From Isurus oxyrinchus (Eukaryota), in the NCBI GenBank assembly GCA_026770705.1, contig JANJGN010000095.1, positions 1,736,001 to 1,800,000 of the forward strand: 64,000 nucleotides of DNA, in the 5' to 3' direction. Both the position numbers and the translations under genes were made by a program. Below are positions 62,259 through 64,000 of this stretch, in pieces. Positions within the stretch are counted from its first letter, which is position 1; each line of letters opens with the position of its first letter. The notes beneath the pieces were generated by a model. That model had not been told where the DNA came from. It made no database searches and saw only the letters and a program-made list of their open reading frames with translations.

Positions 62259-64000
62259 TTCTTCTTCTTATCATGTCCCCGGACAATCTATACATGGCCC
62301 AGCCAGAACTGGACAGATTTTTGCGCCTTGTTGTAGAATTCGGCAAGATCTGCAACAGTGCGGAGTTCCTCTACTGATAGGCATTGCAGGAGATGTTGCA
62401 TAGTCTGTGGCTCGGTTCCTCATTCACAAGTTATCGGTCTGGTTGTATATCCTCATTTGCTTAGTGACACCTTTGAACGACCGACACCAGTGCTAAGTCT
62501 GTTAAGGCACTTCCAGGTTGCTCAGTTGCAATTAGCTTCTGGGAGAAGGCTTTCATCCGACAGAATTTCCATCGCTCGGTGTTGTTGGAGACTGGCAAGC
62601 CAGTCTTTCCACAAGGCAATGCAGGCTTCAGGTGGGGTTGATTGTAATGGAACAACACTGTCCATGAAGGTCTTCCTTGACTTTCGGCGGCTGGGTGTAG
62701 GTGTATCACCATGTAGAGCGTGCCTCTCATCTGATGTTTGATGGAGTCACTCTTTCTTGCTCGATGCCATTCTTCTTATATCAGGGTGAGTGGTACCAGC
62801 CAGGATATACAGGCAGTTGGGCTTTGTTGGTTTTAAGCAACCTGTGATAAGTCAGCAGCTTGCAATCAGAAAAGCATCCATCTTCCTAGCATCAGTAGAT
62901 CTTTCCGATGCAGGGCCGGCGTAATCGGCAGTGGAATAGCAAAGAGCAAGGGCACTGGTTTACAATGTTTTTGAGCTTGCTCCCAATTTTGTGTTAGTGA
63001 GCTTATTCAGGATGTTGTTTCATGGGCTCACTTTTGCCTCTGTGTTTTCGATGTGGTTCTTGAAGGTGAGGCATCTGTCCAGGGTGACTCCTAAGTAGAT
63101 AGGCTGCTCACAATGTGTCAGTGTTGCTCCACACCAGGTTACTTTAAGCTGGTGTTTGGCTTCAAGGTTTCCGAGGTGGAATGCACAAACTTGTGTCTTT
63201 GATGGGTTTGTGCGAAGGTAGTTTGCCTCAGAAAGCGTTTTCCCCACGGTGATAAAATCAGTGCTTTGGGCAGTGATACTTATGTCATCAGCATATATAA
63301 AACGACATGTGACACCGTCTAAAGGTTGGTCATTCGTGAACATGTTGTACAGCAGCAGTGCATGCACGTTTCCCTGAGGAAGACCATTCTTCTGAATATG
63401 CCAACTGCTGCGCTTCCCACTCAGTTCAATATAGAACGGGCCATTCTGACGCATGCTTTCTAACATGTTTGTTAAGTGAATATGTTTTGTCATCTCAAGG
63501 ATCTTGCAGATGAGACGTCTATGGTTCACTGTATCATATGCTGCTGATAGGTCTACAAAAAACAGCACCTTCCTCACGCCTTGCTCAAAACCATCTTCGA
63601 TATGTTATGTGAGGTTCAGCAGTTGGCATGTTCTTGATTTGCCGGGGCAGAAACCTGCTTGCTCTGGAATGATCTTCGCATCTACACTTGGTGCTACCCT
63701 ATTGAGTATCAAATAGCTTATTGGTTTGGCAAAGCAGTGAAATTGGCCGAAAACTCTTAGGATCTGAGGGATCTTTTCCGGGCTTTAATTGTGCTATTAC
63801 ATCTGCCTTCTGCCAAATATTCTGGTTGAATAATTGTAGGAGCTACCTCTTTGCTTGCTGTCCAATATGCTTTATCTGCTCCGTTGCTTTGTTGTCAATA
63901 CCAATTGCTTTCCCGTGTTTTAGGCTAGATATACCATTTTCAGGCTCTTCCATGGTGAATGATCCAGTGAAGCCAGGGTCATCGCTGTACATCTTCCTAT
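62259..64000 (-). mobile_element. Vingi-like (Ingi/I-group) LINE, running off the window end
   Basis: ORF 63020-63577 has VDLSAAYDTVNH, KNGLPQG, YADD and YLGVTLDR. Downstream frames give WGAS...TSALALCYSTADYAGP...ITGCLKPT and a C-terminal CxCG..QTMQHLLQC zinc motif. The 3' end is gataagaagaagaa. Confidence 0.75.

Overview
This is vertebrate genomic DNA, most likely from a shark (Chondrichthyes). That call rests on the CR1/L2/Penelope/SINE repeat spectrum and a two-exon GPR139-like receptor. No prokaryotic operons or CRISPR arrays are present, and most ORFs in the track are noise or LINE fragments. The window looks like a decayed, internally duplicated histone/tRNA cluster. It contains: (i) a spliced minus-strand BEN-domain pseudogene (4080..223) that the ORF track misses, plus two 3'-truncated paralogues in a repeated block of about 5-7 kb (starts near 1.5, 12.1 and 46.4 kb); (ii) an H3.3 retrocopy in an intron of two of the three copies, with the empty site in the third; (iii) replication-dependent H3 and H2A pseudogenes with 3' stem-loops, one H3 split from its promoter by a double poly(A) retro-insertion at the start codon (15-bp TSD); (iv) about nine tRNA relics (Pro x2, Lys x2, Ser, Glu, Asp x2, Gly); (v) a GPR139-like GPCR with an apparent C-terminal frameshift; and (vi) many CR1, RTE, L2, Vingi-like, LTR and Penelope-derived elements, plus 46-bp and 33-bp minisatellites. 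All calls were made by eye, and repeat boundaries are approximate.
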